Shown here: piece by piece, positions 39,772 to 49,666 of the stretch
Position numbering within the stretch: position 1 is the first letter of the stretch
How the letters are laid out: each line of letters begins with the position of its first letter
From: Candidatus Hydrogenedentota bacterium
GTDB taxonomy: Bacteria; Hydrogenedentota; Hydrogenedentia; Hydrogenedentales; SLHB01
DNA: 64,000 bases
Direction: 5' to 3'
Assembly (NCBI GenBank): GCA_029552745.1
Contig: JAKPDK010000070.1
Span: 325,268-389,267, forward strand
Position numbers and translations under genes: made by a program
The notes under the pieces: generated by a model
What the model saw: only the letters and a program-made list of their open reading frames with translations
What the model was told of the DNA's origin: nothing
Databases searched by the model: none

Positions 39772-40986
39772 TTAGGCGTTTTTTTCAGACAGCTGACTTT
39801 CGGGCGGTTTGAAAAAGATCAAGAAGGCCACCGCACAGAGGGCTGTCAACACACAGGGTACTAGGAAAAGCTGGGACCACTGGGTGATTTCCGTACCATC
39901 GGGCTGTTTGATGGTGAAATAATTCTTGATGACCATGTAAAACATGGTACCTAAGTAATTTCCTATTCCGAGAGTTACGAGCGTAAGAAGACTTTGTGCG
40001 CTCGCACGGCTCGTAGAGGTGGCGACGTTATCTACATAGATCTGAGAGGCAACAAAGAAGAAGGTATATCCTAGACCATGAAACGCCAACGAGGCGATGA
40101 CGAGCCACAACGGCTTTTGTAAGGCGAACACGAGATAACGCAGCGGCCACGCGATCACGCCGAGGGCGAGTGTCGCGCGCAATCCCACTTTCTTTAGGAA
40201 TATGGGCAGTAGTAAAGCCATGGTAATGATTTCTGCTATTTGAGCTACTGTCATTACGGATGGGACGTTTTGTTTGGAAACGCCTATTTCCTCCAAGAAT
40301 ACGGATGTGGGAAGATAATAAAACTGTAGTTCCGTGGTCACAATGAAAGCGATGCTCAAGAAAATGGCGAAGTTCTTGTCTTTGAGCAATCCCAGGGCTT
40401 CGAGGAACGCGAATGGATTTTCCGCTTCTTTTTTGGGGGGAGTGTGAGGCAAGAAGAAGCAAAAGACGCCTAATAAGAGAGAGCATCCCCCGGCGAGATA
40501 AAACAAGTCACCTAAGACATCTGGTTCGACGATTCGGCGCCAAAATGTCAAAATCCAACCGACGGCGATCCATCCTAGCGTTCCCCAGACCCGAATTCGA
40601 CCGAAATCCCGCGAAACGTCTTTCAAGTTCTGAAAACAGATCGAATTTGTAAGCGCCAAGGTTGGGGCATACAAAAGGCAGTAAATCGCCATATAAGTCA
40701 TCATCGGTGTGAAGTTACGTTCTCTTCCCATTAGTAACAGAATGATACCACCGCACAAATGAGCAATGGCGAGAAAATACTGAGTGGGGAAATAACGGTC
40801 GGCGATTTGTCCGCCAATGAAAGGCGCCACAATGCACGCCAGCCACAATGCGCTGAAGAGCCAAGAGCTTTGCGTGTCGCTAAAGCCTATCTCCTTGAAA
40901 AAGGCATAACCCACGACGCACCATCCGCCCCAGATGGCGTATTGGAGAAACATCATTATACTTAGTCGGGTTCTCAAGAACTTCAT
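39772..40986 (-). CDS. MFS transporter, nucleoside:H+ symporter (NupG/XapB-like)
   Basis: N-terminal LQYAIWGGW...ADRYF and IRVWGTLGW patterns mirror NupG. 12 TM segments. Confidence 0.7.
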   Translation of the reverse strand: MKFLRTRLSIMMFLQYAIWGGWCVVGYAFFKEIGFSDTQSSWLFSALWLACIVAPFIGGQIADRYFPTQYFLAIAHLCGGIILLLMGRERNFTPMMTYMAIYCLLYAPTLALTNSICFQNLKDVSRDFGRIRVWGTLGWIAVGWILTFWRRIVEPDVLGDLFYLAGGCSLLLGVFCFFLPHTPPKKEAENPFAFLEALGLLKDKNFAIFLSIAFIVTTELQFYYLPTSVFLEEIGVSKQNVPSVMTVAQIAEIITMALLLPIFLKKVGLRATLALGVIAWPLRYLVFALQKPLWLVIASLAFHGLGYTFFFVASQIYVDNVATSTSRASAQSLLTLVTLGIGNYLGTMFYMVIKNYFTIKQPDGTEITQWSQLFLVPCVLTALCAVAFLIFFKPPESQLSEKNA

Positions 40987-41094
40987 ACTACATTCTCCTT
41001 CTGATTTCGCTTAACGTGTGTCATTCATCCTACGCAAACAGTAGGCTTGCGTCAAAAGGCATTGCCGAAGAGTCACATAAAGTCTTTGTAACCG

Positions 41095-44000
41095 TCATTT
41101 CCACCAGATGACTTCTATGGGTTGTCCCTTTTCGTCTTTAATGTCCAGGGCAAACTGAAATTCGCCGGGGACCTTGGATACTTTTACCAAAAGAGCGTTT
41201 CGCCCCGGGCGTATGGTGATGGGTTTTTGCAACGGTTTGAGTTGTTTGTGCGGCAGATGGCAGGTCTCCTTCACCTCAAGGATATTATTGAGCCAAACTT
41301 TCGTGGAGTCTTGGATTTTCAGATGGAGCACCGCCTGGATTTTCGTTCTTTCTGGGCTGGAAAATTCTGTATAAGCGTAGCCGACGCCGCGGTCGAAACG
41401 CGGATAATATTCAAAAACGGGGGTGAACGCTTGTTGCAAATTTACGAGGTGATCTTCTTGTGCCAGCGAGTACCAGCGGCGCCATCCAATTGGTTTATAC
41501 CATCCCGTGTAAGTAGCGGAAAAATCGATTTCGGTTTCAGGCGGATAGGATGTGTCATGTCCCGATTCTCCCCAATTGGCAAACATGCCGCAAACCATCC
41601 ACCTTCGTACATTTGTCTGCTGCTCTTGTTTTAGCCATCTCAACACAGATGCATTTGGAACCACCTGTCCTTCAGAAGGAACAGCCCGCCGTGAAAAATG
41701 ATTCAACAGATTCACCAGCAACCGCGCGGCAACGGGGTCGGTTTTCAGATATTCAAAGACCCTTAAGTGCGTGAAGACGAGGCGTCCACTGCCGTATCGC
41801 CTTACCAAAATATCGCTGCCCCACCACGGGGCGTCCTGAATCATATAGTGTCCCGGCGCCATGGGATTGGTGTCGAATGTTCCACAGATATCTTCATCGC
41901 TTTTTTCGAGGAAAGTTCTCGCCGGTATCACGTTTCGATATGGTTGACGCATGAGACAACGATTCGGGAGTCCCTCAAAAACAGGATGGGTTTTTACGTA
42001 GTGGTACATCCCTAGAAAGGCGCCCACTGCATCCTTGCTGGTTGCCTTTATTTCAGCATCGACTTTCTCTGCGAGTTCGTTCCAATCCGCTGGAGGCTCA
42101 AAGAAAATTGCTACGGCACCATCGTGTACTTTTGCAAAGAGGTCAGCCATGGATTCTGCCGGATAGGCACGGACGGTATTGCTTAACGGTGGAACAACAA
42201 GAATGCCCGCATCATGAGCCTCATGGGGGGCAAGGTTACGAAAAGATTCAGACCACTCCTTATAGGGATCAATCAATGTGACGGGTTTTCCAAAAGGCTC
42301 GGGAGGTTGGCACACAAAGAACTCACGCGAGTCGGAGGCAAGGTTTTTTCTGCCCTTAAGTAATTGGACATTCAACGTGTGAACGCCTGGTGCTCCCGAG
42401 GCTGATACGCTACCCGACCAGATAACACGCCCGTTTTTGGGATTTTGCACGCGGCGCTTCTTTTTCCAGAGTACTTGGCCGGTTGGTCCTACTACTTGAA
42501 GAGAGAGTTCACAGGGACCCATTAAAGCAACATCACTGATGAGATTGACGGAAACATGGGTTTCTTGACGAGGGGCGAGGTTTGTTTCTTCACATTGAAT
42601 TAGAAGGCGAATCGGGGTCTGTACTTGTGCCATGGTCGAGAATGCCGGTTTCGGTCTTCGCCAATGGTCAAGCACGCCCGCACCGACTTCGTGGCCCGCA
42701 TCGCAGAGCTGCGTATAACAGTAGCCCGCGAGTTTGGTGTTACTTCGGCATGCATCTATCTGGAAACGAATGGCATCGCATTGCACTTCTTGGCAAGCTG
42801 CTGCGAACGCGCTGAAACTTCCAAAAACTCGGTCTAATTCTCTTTCTCGAAAGCCTTCCATCATGGACTCGAGTTTTGCTTTAAGGAACCGGGCATCTTT
42901 GGCTTTGTTTTTGTGTTCCTTGTATAGTTTGATGACCTCCGGGAGGTCCTCGATACCCCCAAAACCGAATTCGGAAAGAAAATAAAGATTGTTCGGATCT
43001 CCGTTGTATTTATAGTAATTCTCGATTTCGGTATCAACGGGTGCCCGTTGATAAATGTGAAGGTCTTCGTATTGTTCGAGGGTATTTTTGTACGGACGAA
43101 TCAAACGCGAAGGTTCGCGAGTAGCATTCATGCCTCCAGAATCATCAATGATTATTCGCGTAGGGTCGAGGCTTCGTGCAAGGTGGCATAGATCGTCCTT
43201 GATGGTTTGAGCGCCTCCGTTTACCACATATCCTGCATTTCCGGACTCGTTCAATATTCCCCAAATGACCACGGATGGATGGTTGCGATCTCGTAGAATC
43301 ATCTCACGCACTTCCCGTTCGCAACGTTCTCGCATATACGGGGAGGTTTGGATCCAGCCGATAGGTGGCTCCTCATAGACCATGAGGCCGATTTCATCAC
43401 AAAGATCGAGAGTTATCTTTGGAGCCGTTTTTATGTGAAGCCGAATCAGGTTAAACCCTGCTTTTTTCGCGGCTTCAATTTCTTGGCGTGCCATCTCCGG
43501 TGATATTGGGCTTGCGAGGGATAGGGGATAATCAGGCTGATGTAAAACACCCTTGACAAAAACAGGGCGATTATTCAGGTAAAAGCGGTTTTCTTTTACC
43601 GTGAATTCCCTCATACCAAACCGAACTTCCACATGATCTACAACTTCCTCGTTTTGCAAAGCGGAGCATTTCAAATAGTACAAGGTGGGGTTTTCGGGTG
43701 ACCAGAACTCACAATCAGGGAAAGGCAACGTCAGCTTACCTGGTTTGCCGTGCATGGATTGGGGCGTTCCTGCAATTTCGAGTCTTATGTCAACAGGACT
43801 ACTTGTGTCGACAAGGACATTGATCTTTTTCCGATGAATGTCAGGTTGAACAAACACATCTTGAATATGGGCGTCGTTTTTGCCCACAAGGCGCACGTCT
43901 CCCCAAAGTCCGGCAAAGGTGAAGTATCCGTGTTCTTTTGCGCAGGGGATCTGTTTAGGGATAAAGTGCTTATATCCTTGCGGTGCGTGTGGGTCGACGA

Positions 44001-44361
44001 TGCGGACGGCTAAAAGATTCTTGCCAATGTGGAGGGCGTGTGTCGCAGGGAGCGTGAAGGGGGTATAACCGCCCTCATGTTCCCCGAGTCGCTTGCCGTT
44101 TAACCATACCTCAGCATAGTAATCCGCTGCGTCAAACTGAATATCCCAAACATATCCTTCCTTTTCTGAAAAAAACTCAAACTCCTTGAAATACCATCCC
44201 ACACCGTCATAATCCGGGACCCAAATATCCCATACGCTGGGGACTTGAACGGACACTCCCTCCGGAAGACATTCTCCGGTTTGCCAATTTTTTGAGAGGC
44301 CTATATCGTCAGGGTCAAGCACCAGTTGCCAAGTGCCGTTTAAGGACAATATCGAACGCAC
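41095..44361 (-). CDS. glycoside hydrolase family 2 protein (beta-galactosidase/beta-mannosidase-like), 1088 aa
   Basis: GH2 sugar-binding N-terminal domain (NGTWQL...WYFKEF) and TIM-barrel catalytic region (NLIRLH..., WGILNESG). Confidence 0.85.
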   Translation of the reverse strand: MRSILSLNGTWQLVLDPDDIGLSKNWQTGECLPEGVSVQVPSVWDIWVPDYDGVGWYFKEFEFFSEKEGYVWDIQFDAADYYAEVWLNGKRLGEHEGGYTPFTLPATHALHIGKNLLAVRIVDPHAPQGYKHFIPKQIPCAKEHGYFTFAGLWGDVRLVGKNDAHIQDVFVQPDIHRKKINVLVDTSSPVDIRLEIAGTPQSMHGKPGKLTLPFPDCEFWSPENPTLYYLKCSALQNEEVVDHVEVRFGMREFTVKENRFYLNNRPVFVKGVLHQPDYPLSLASPISPEMARQEIEAAKKAGFNLIRLHIKTAPKITLDLCDEIGLMVYEEPPIGWIQTSPYMRERCEREVREMILRDRNHPSVVIWGILNESGNAGYVVNGGAQTIKDDLCHLARSLDPTRIIIDDSGGMNATREPSRLIRPYKNTLEQYEDLHIYQRAPVDTEIENYYKYNGDPNNLYFLSEFGFGGIEDLPEVIKLYKEHKNKAKDARFLKAKLESMMEGFRERELDRVFGSFSAFAAACQEVQCDAIRFQIDACRSNTKLAGYCYTQLCDAGHEVGAGVLDHWRRPKPAFSTMAQVQTPIRLLIQCEETNLAPRQETHVSVNLISDVALMGPCELSLQVVGPTGQVLWKKKRRVQNPKNGRVIWSGSVSASGAPGVHTLNVQLLKGRKNLASDSREFFVCQPPEPFGKPVTLIDPYKEWSESFRNLAPHEAHDAGILVVPPLSNTVRAYPAESMADLFAKVHDGAVAIFFEPPADWNELAEKVDAEIKATSKDAVGAFLGMYHYVKTHPVFEGLPNRCLMRQPYRNVIPARTFLEKSDEDICGTFDTNPMAPGHYMIQDAPWWGSDILVRRYGSGRLVFTHLRVFEYLKTDPVAARLLVNLLNHFSRRAVPSEGQVVPNASVLRWLKQEQQTNVRRWMVCGMFANWGESGHDTSYPPETEIDFSATYTGWYKPIGWRRWYSLAQEDHLVNLQQAFTPVFEYYPRFDRGVGYAYTEFSSPERTKIQAVLHLKIQDSTKVWLNNILEVKETCHLPHKQLKPLQKPITIRPGRNALLVKVSKVPGEFQFALDIKDEKGQPIEVIWWK

Positions 44362-44539
44362 AAAATCACCTTTCTAGTCATTCCTCACTGCACTTCTTCG
44401 ATGAGAGCTTAGAAGCGTCTGTTATTTCTGCATTGTGCACCACTGAAAGTTTACACAACCTGTTCACTAAATGGAATTTGGCAATCTCGTCAAGTGCAGA
44501 ATTATAATGGCGTAAACAAACGAATCGGAGAAACGGCCT

Positions 44540-45889
44540 ATGCGAAAACTTAAAGGATCGTATTTTTCGAGGATGCCGCAGAGAATAGGTAGGCGAGATT
44601 TTTTGAAGCGCACCACTCTCCTGAGTGTCAGCGCTTTTGGTATGGGAGGTTTGATTACTCGGTCTGCTTCAGCGCTAACAAAAGGTCGGGGGGCAAACGA
44701 TCGGTTGCTTCTTGGTTGCATTGGGACCGGCAGTATGGGCACTGGTAACTTGCGGGATTTTCTGCGCTTCGAACAGGTTCGAGTGGTGGCGGTTTGCGAC
44801 GTAGATAAAGTGCATCGTGAGAATGCCCAGAATCTCGTGAACGGGTATTACGAGGACAAGGATTGTAGGGGTTACAACGATTTTCGGGAAATGTTAGAAA
44901 AAGAAGACCTCGACCTTGTGTCAATTGCGTTGCCAGATCACTGGCATGCGATTCCAGCCATTTTGGCTGCTCAAAAAGGCCTCGACATTTACGCAGAAAA
45001 GCCTTTGGCGCTCACCATACCTCAGGGCAGGGCTATGGTCGATGCCGTCAACCGTCATGGAGTAATTTGGCAGACGGGTAGTTGGCAACGGTCACAGAAT
45101 AACTTCCTCAAAGCCAGTGAACTAGTCCGGAATGGACGAATCGGGATGATTACCCGGGTAGAGGTTGGATTGCCGACGGGACCTCGTTGTGAGCCCCAAC
45201 CTGTAATGCCCGTTCCAGAGGGATTCGACTACGATATGTGGTTAGGTCCTGCGCCGTTTGAGCCTTACACGGAGAAAAGATGTCATTGGAATTTCCGATG
45301 GATACTGGACTATTCCGGGGGACAACTGACCGATTGGGCTGCTCACCACTGTGACATTGCCAACTGGGGAATGGGTACGGAATATACAGGACCGGTCGAG
45401 GTTATCCCCTTGTTTGCGGACTTCCCTCGGGACGGGCTATGGAACGCCGCCGTTGATTATCATTTTGAATGCAAGTATCTGCCGGGAGCAAGCCCGGTTG
45501 CTCCCAAGGGGTTTGTCATGTCGGTTTCGAACAAGCATAGGGGAGGAGTTACGTTCTTTGGTGATGAAGGGCGGATATGGGTGGATCGGGGTGGTTTTGA
45601 GACAGTTCCGGCTTCTCTGAAAGACTCGGAGATTCTTGATAGCGAAATACATCTATACAAAAGCGAGGATCACAAAGGAAACTTTCTGGACTGTGTCCGC
45701 ACGCGCCAAGAGACTATCACGCCAATTGAGCCAGCACACCGCGCAATCACTATTGCCCATTTAGGAAACATCGCCATGCAATTGGGAAGGCCGGTACGTT
45801 GGGATCCACAGACTGAAAACATTTTGGACGACAGCGAAGCACAGCGGAAGCTCGATCGTTCCATGCGTGCTCCGTGGCGTCTTTATTAG
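44540..45889 (+). CDS. Gfo/Idh/MocA-family oxidoreductase with a twin-arginine (Tat) signal
   Basis: RRDFLKRTTLLSVSAFG Tat motif, then a Rossmann GxGxxG segment (LGCIGTGSMG) and the Gfo/Idh/MocA C-terminal domain. Confidence 0.85.
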   Translation: MRKLKGSYFSRMPQRIGRRDFLKRTTLLSVSAFGMGGLITRSASALTKGRGANDRLLLGCIGTGSMGTGNLRDFLRFEQVRVVAVCDVDKVHRENAQNLVNGYYEDKDCRGYNDFREMLEKEDLDLVSIALPDHWHAIPAILAAQKGLDIYAEKPLALTIPQGRAMVDAVNRHGVIWQTGSWQRSQNNFLKASELVRNGRIGMITRVEVGLPTGPRCEPQPVMPVPEGFDYDMWLGPAPFEPYTEKRCHWNFRWILDYSGGQLTDWAAHHCDIANWGMGTEYTGPVEVIPLFADFPRDGLWNAAVDYHFECKYLPGASPVAPKGFVMSVSNKHRGGVTFFGDEGRIWVDRGGFETVPASLKDSEILDSEIHLYKSEDHKGNFLDCVRTRQETITPIEPAHRAITIAHLGNIAMQLGRPVRWDPQTENILDDSEAQRKLDRSMRAPWRLY

Positions 45890-45910
45890 AAGGGGAAAGG
45901 AGTAATTCTC

Positions 45911-46903
45911 ATGCCGAAAACAGCTGGGTTTTCCATGTTAGTTTTTATCATCGGCGGAATTCTATGTGCTTATTCCTTTGCAGCAGCTGAGACTATTTCA
46001 CCCGATTTGTCTTGTATTGAAAAAATACGGCAGTGCAAATTTGGCGAAACCCGCGAACCATTCACCGCAGTCGAAGATCTTGTGCGAGACTCTCTGAAAG
46101 ACAAAGAGAGGAAGGCTTTCGTCGCTTCCAAGCTAGCGGAACTTTTAGTTTCTGACTCCAGCCCGGAATGCAAATTGTTTGTCTGTAGACAATTGGCTGT
46201 GATCGGTGGAGTTCCGGAAGTGCCGGCGCTCTCAAGTTTGCTGAAAGAGCCAAATACAGCGGACATGGCGCGATATGCCTTGGAGCGAATTCCTGGCAAA
46301 GAAGTGGATATTGCCCTATTGAAGGAAATGGAAACTGCCTCAGGCGATGTCCAATTAGGGATTGTCCATTCACTTGGCAATAGAAAATCTGCGATTGCTG
46401 TCTCTAGTTTAAGACGGTTGGCCGAAAAAGGGGATGACAACCAGAAAGCCGCAGCGGTCAGCGCACTGGGAACTATCGGGAACTCTGCGGCGGCCAGAGC
46501 CTTAAGCGCTCTTGAAAGACGGTGTTCCGCTGAACAGAGAGAGCCAATTTATCGCGCGCAACTGCGATGTGCAGACAACCTAGCGGCAGAGAGAAAAACA
46601 CGGGCGGCCTTGAACCTTTACCGGCGCATTTTCCGAGAAACGAGCCTTGCACCCACCAAGGCAATGGCATTCTGTGGCATGGCGCGATTGTCGTCTTATC
46701 CTCGAAATGTAAAACTGATTCTCCAAGCGCTAGATTCTGAAGACCCCTACTTGATTACGTCAGGGCGTCGCGTCGTGCACGAACTGAGTGGCAAGAAGGA
46801 ACTCAGTAGGCTTGCCAATGAACTGCCTAAACTGCACGGGCAAGGGCGGGAGTGTCTAAAAAGCGCACTTTTAGCAAAAGGTATTTCCGTAACTTCAGAG
46901 TGA
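45911..46903 (+). CDS. secreted HEAT-repeat (PBS-lyase-like) protein
   Basis: Signal peptide plus repeated ~30-aa helical units with the AAxALGxIG pattern. Confidence 0.65.
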   Translation: MPKTAGFSMLVFIIGGILCAYSFAAAETISPDLSCIEKIRQCKFGETREPFTAVEDLVRDSLKDKERKAFVASKLAELLVSDSSPECKLFVCRQLAVIGGVPEVPALSSLLKEPNTADMARYALERIPGKEVDIALLKEMETASGDVQLGIVHSLGNRKSAIAVSSLRRLAEKGDDNQKAAAVSALGTIGNSAAARALSALERRCSAEQREPIYRAQLRCADNLAAERKTRAALNLYRRIFRETSLAPTKAMAFCGMARLSSYPRNVKLILQALDSEDPYLITSGRRVVHELSGKKELSRLANELPKLHGQGRECLKSALLAKGISVTSE

Positions 46904-46939
46904 TCCTGTTGCTTTTCCACTGTCGCAAAGTAGATTTTT

Positions 46940-47806
46940 TCAGGAGTAGGTTTTGTCGATGACTTCCTGTAAGAACCTTACGGCTTTGCGAATGTCTTTC
47001 GCTTGTTGGGGTCCGCTGATTTCTCTTTCAATAATGACATCCCCCAAAAAGCGTAGTTTTTTGAGTTTTGCAAATAAAGCTACCCAATCGACCTTACCTT
47101 TTCCTATGGGCGCTTCTTTTGCCAGTTCGGGACGGCCACTGGTGGGATAGAACCCATCCTTAGCATGAAGGTTTTTCACATATTTGCCAAATACGTCCAA
47201 CGAATCTACGGGATTTGCCTTGCCGTAAAGAATGCAGTTTGCTGTATCTAGGTTGATTCCTAGATTATTCAAGCCAATGTCTTCAATAGTCCGGAGCAAC
47301 GTTATGGGCGTCTCCTGGCCGGTTTCGAACCAAAAGTCCACGCCCACATTGAGACAAGTTTCGGCAATTTTTCGTAATGCCTCAATGGTGGGCGCGTAGA
47401 GCCTGTCAGAAGGTGTCTCGGGGATGAAACCCGCGTGGGTGATAATGGCGGGAGCCCCGACCATCGCGGCAAATTCTGCCGCACGTTGAAGTTCTTTAAC
47501 GCGTGTCTTGCGGTATTTGGGAGGAACCAGCCCTAACGTGGTTGGACCTTCCAAAAAGTTCCACACCTTTGGGCCGCTGTATCCCGCCCAAACGGCGGCT
47601 ATCCGGACACCAGAATCGCACGAGAGCTGTTTAATTTCTTCTGCACGCTTTTTTGTCCAGACGTTGGGGTCCCAGTTGCATAAGTGGCACGTGAAGAGTC
47701 CGAACTGTGCAACATGGGTAAACGGGTCGTTATCGGCGGTAAGCGAGGTGATAACACCCAGTTCCGGTTTTCGTATTCGCTTGTTCTCCTGTCCCATAGT
47801 AAACAT
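46940..47806 (-). CDS. sugar phosphate isomerase/epimerase (xylose-isomerase-like TIM barrel)
   Basis: GINLDTANCILYG...NLHAKDG is the family pattern. Confidence 0.8.
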   Translation of the reverse strand: MFTMGQENKRIRKPELGVITSLTADNDPFTHVAQFGLFTCHLCNWDPNVWTKKRAEEIKQLSCDSGVRIAAVWAGYSGPKVWNFLEGPTTLGLVPPKYRKTRVKELQRAAEFAAMVGAPAIITHAGFIPETPSDRLYAPTIEALRKIAETCLNVGVDFWFETGQETPITLLRTIEDIGLNNLGINLDTANCILYGKANPVDSLDVFGKYVKNLHAKDGFYPTSGRPELAKEAPIGKGKVDWVALFAKLKKLRFLGDVIIEREISGPQQAKDIRKAVRFLQEVIDKTYS

Positions 47807-47815
47807 TTACTCCTG

Positions 47816-49018
47816 TTACTCTTGGGCAACCTGTTCCATATGTTTTTCCCAATTGTCCTTGTAACTATAAAAGTTCATCCCGTTTGCCGTATTGGAAAAC
47901 ATAAGTCGTACTGTTTCCGGTAGTAACGGGTCTTCCAAATATAGAACAGGAAAGATATCGCGATTCTTGCCAACAAGAGATCTTGCTAAAATGACCTCGC
48001 GGGCTGCTGCTTCGGGAGGTATGCCATTTGCTCGGAGCGCCGATATGGTGCGGTCAGTCACAGGTCCCGTCATGCGAGTCCAAGACAGCATGATACTCGT
48101 CACAATGGACTCGATGCTTGTTCCTATAACACCGAGTTCATCGGGGATTGCTGTTATCTCCCATGTGAGGCAGCCCTCTCCAGGTCTATACGGCAATTTT
48201 CGGAAAAGGATTGGACAGAATACGTCCACAAAATCACTCCAATCAACATACGACTGACCGACAAGCGGAGCTAAAGAAGGGGTGTACGCATAGACGCCGA
48301 CTCGAAGACCCGCATGATGGACAATGTCAGCCAATGAACGAACGTGTTCTGTGATGCAATCTCTTCTAAACCGCAACCACTCCAAAAGACCTGGATGATC
48401 CATGAGCCATTCCACAATTCCTGCGGGTCCTTTGAACCACATTAACCCTCTACGTTCTCTTATCTGCTTTTTGCTCTTAAGGAGCTGGTAGATGAAACGG
48501 ACATCTTTACGTATTTGATTGAAATCATATCCCAGTTCTTTTGCTTTGTTTTCGCAATGTTCATCAAAGCATGTGAGAAAACCATTAAGCCCTGCGACAG
48601 GCGGAATGAAACGGCACCGGTCAAGAATGATTCCTTTGATTCCCGGAACCCCTGCGAGTTTTCTGACCTCGTCCCGGTTGCGTTCCGCGAGAATAGGGTT
48701 ATTCGGGCAGCCGCCGCCCAGCCATACCTGTTTTCTTCCCGTCACGTCCATGCACATTGTAGACTGCTCGTCCGCGATGTCGTTGACACGGAAACACGAA
48801 GAGAGAAGCCATATTTCAATTCCAGAAGGTCTTATTTTTTCAACGAGCCTCGGGTCAGACAGAACGACACCGGAAAAACCTTTGTTTTTTAGTTTTTCGA
48901 CAGTTTCACTGGTATTTTTCTCATCAATACCATGTATCCAAAAGCAAGGAGCATGGCTCTTGGGGCTTTTTTCACGTAATTGTCTAAAAGATTGCGGTAA
49001 CGATTTAGATTTAGTCAC
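47816..49018 (-). CDS. hypothetical protein, possibly a TIM-barrel glycosidase-like fold
   Basis: 400-aa ORF with a GTG start. No confidently recognised motif. Confidence 0.45.
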   Translation of the reverse strand: MTKSKSLPQSFRQLREKSPKSHAPCFWIHGIDEKNTSETVEKLKNKGFSGVVLSDPRLVEKIRPSGIEIWLLSSCFRVNDIADEQSTMCMDVTGRKQVWLGGGCPNNPILAERNRDEVRKLAGVPGIKGIILDRCRFIPPVAGLNGFLTCFDEHCENKAKELGYDFNQIRKDVRFIYQLLKSKKQIRERRGLMWFKGPAGIVEWLMDHPGLLEWLRFRRDCITEHVRSLADIVHHAGLRVGVYAYTPSLAPLVGQSYVDWSDFVDVFCPILFRKLPYRPGEGCLTWEITAIPDELGVIGTSIESIVTSIMLSWTRMTGPVTDRTISALRANGIPPEAAAREVILARSLVGKNRDIFPVLYLEDPLLPETVRLMFSNTANGMNFYSYKDNWEKHMEQVAQE

Positions 49019-49137
49019 TTAGAACAATTCCCTTCAGCACCAAGGCAAGTATATATCAATCGGTACCGTCTGATGTCAATGACCTATATTCGTCCAGTAC
49101 CTCTGGCACTTTTTGTTATGTTGCTTGAGGAATGTAA

Positions 49138-49510
49138 GCAGGATTTGCCATGAAGGTTGTTGAAGAAAGACACCGACGCGTGGCACGCCGAAATCCGTTT
49201 TAACCACTTAAAAACTTTTTTGACTACTGGAATCTTTCGTTTTTCCGTAGGGCGTCCTATTGCGCCATTGCCCGAACCCTGTGCTCGCGAGGATTGCCGT
49301 CAGAAACGACGGGACAATTCCCTCGGGTATCAGGAGAGAAATCCGGAAGCGGGATAGGGCGCAACGCGTTGCTCCCCCTACAAAAGCAGAGGGGATTGCT
49401 CCGTCGCTTCAGTGCTTCGTCCCTCGCAAGGCCATCCGGCTGTATGAGCCCAGGTCTATCTCCTCGATGTACTGCCAAATGTTTGTGAACCCATGCATGT
49501 CCATGATTGC
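49138..49510 (+). repeat. copy 1 of a ~375-bp paralogous non-coding element (partner at 61760..62140)
   Basis: Shared blocks with copy 2 include GATTT(G/C)CCATGAAGGT, TTGAnT-N17-TTCCGTA, CGTCCTATTGC (11/11), a 34-nt block TGCCGTCAG..ACGA.G.G.CAAT.CCCTC.GG (about 26/34), GGGGATT(C)GCTCC, TCTCGATG.A.TGCC, and AAA.GTTTG.GAAC.CA.GCA. Indels are not multiples of 3. Confidence 0.6.
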
Positions 49511-49588
49511 TTTTTCTGTTGATTTTAAAACGGCTCTGGCTTCGAAAAGGTATCTTCGCGATAGCCTTTTTGTGTTCCAAAATATTTC

Positions 49589-49618
49589 TTGACAAGATCG
49601 CTTTTTTTGTGCAAACTA
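49589..49618 (+). promoter_or_regulatory. sigma70-like promoter candidate (TTGACA-N17-CAAACT with an upstream TG)
   Basis: A perfect -35 hexamer, 17-nt spacer, and a weak -10. It lies about 45 nt upstream of the terminator hairpin and about 105 nt upstream of the first V-ATPase gene. Confidence 0.3.
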
Positions 49619-49638
49619 TTTTTGTTAAAAGTACTTCG

Positions 49639-49666
49639 CGAAGGGTAAAGCCCTTCGTTTTTGTTG
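49639..49666 (+). terminator. Rho-independent terminator immediately upstream of the V-ATPase operon
   Basis: CGAAGGG-TAAAG-CCCTTCG hairpin (7 bp) followed by TTTTTGTTG. About 40 nt before the ATG at 49699. Confidence 0.55.

Noticed and set aside
49248-49350. Resemblance of element copy 1 to the guanidine-I (ykkC) riboswitch (TAGGGCGTCC ... ACGACGGGACAATTCCCTCGGG ... AGGAGA)
   Set aside because: The similarity is patchy and recalled from memory only. Copy 2 lacks the TAGGG segment. The downstream genes (V-ATPase, recO) are not guanidine-associated. Left unresolved; needs a covariance-model scan.
49294-49360. SRP (4.5S/7S) RNA domain IV-like motif (AGG...CCGGAAGCGGGA) in element copy 1
   Set aside because: Only a short CCGGAAG match. 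The symmetric and asymmetric loop consensus (GGUCAGGUCC GGAA GGAAGCAGCC) is not present, and copy 2 lacks it.
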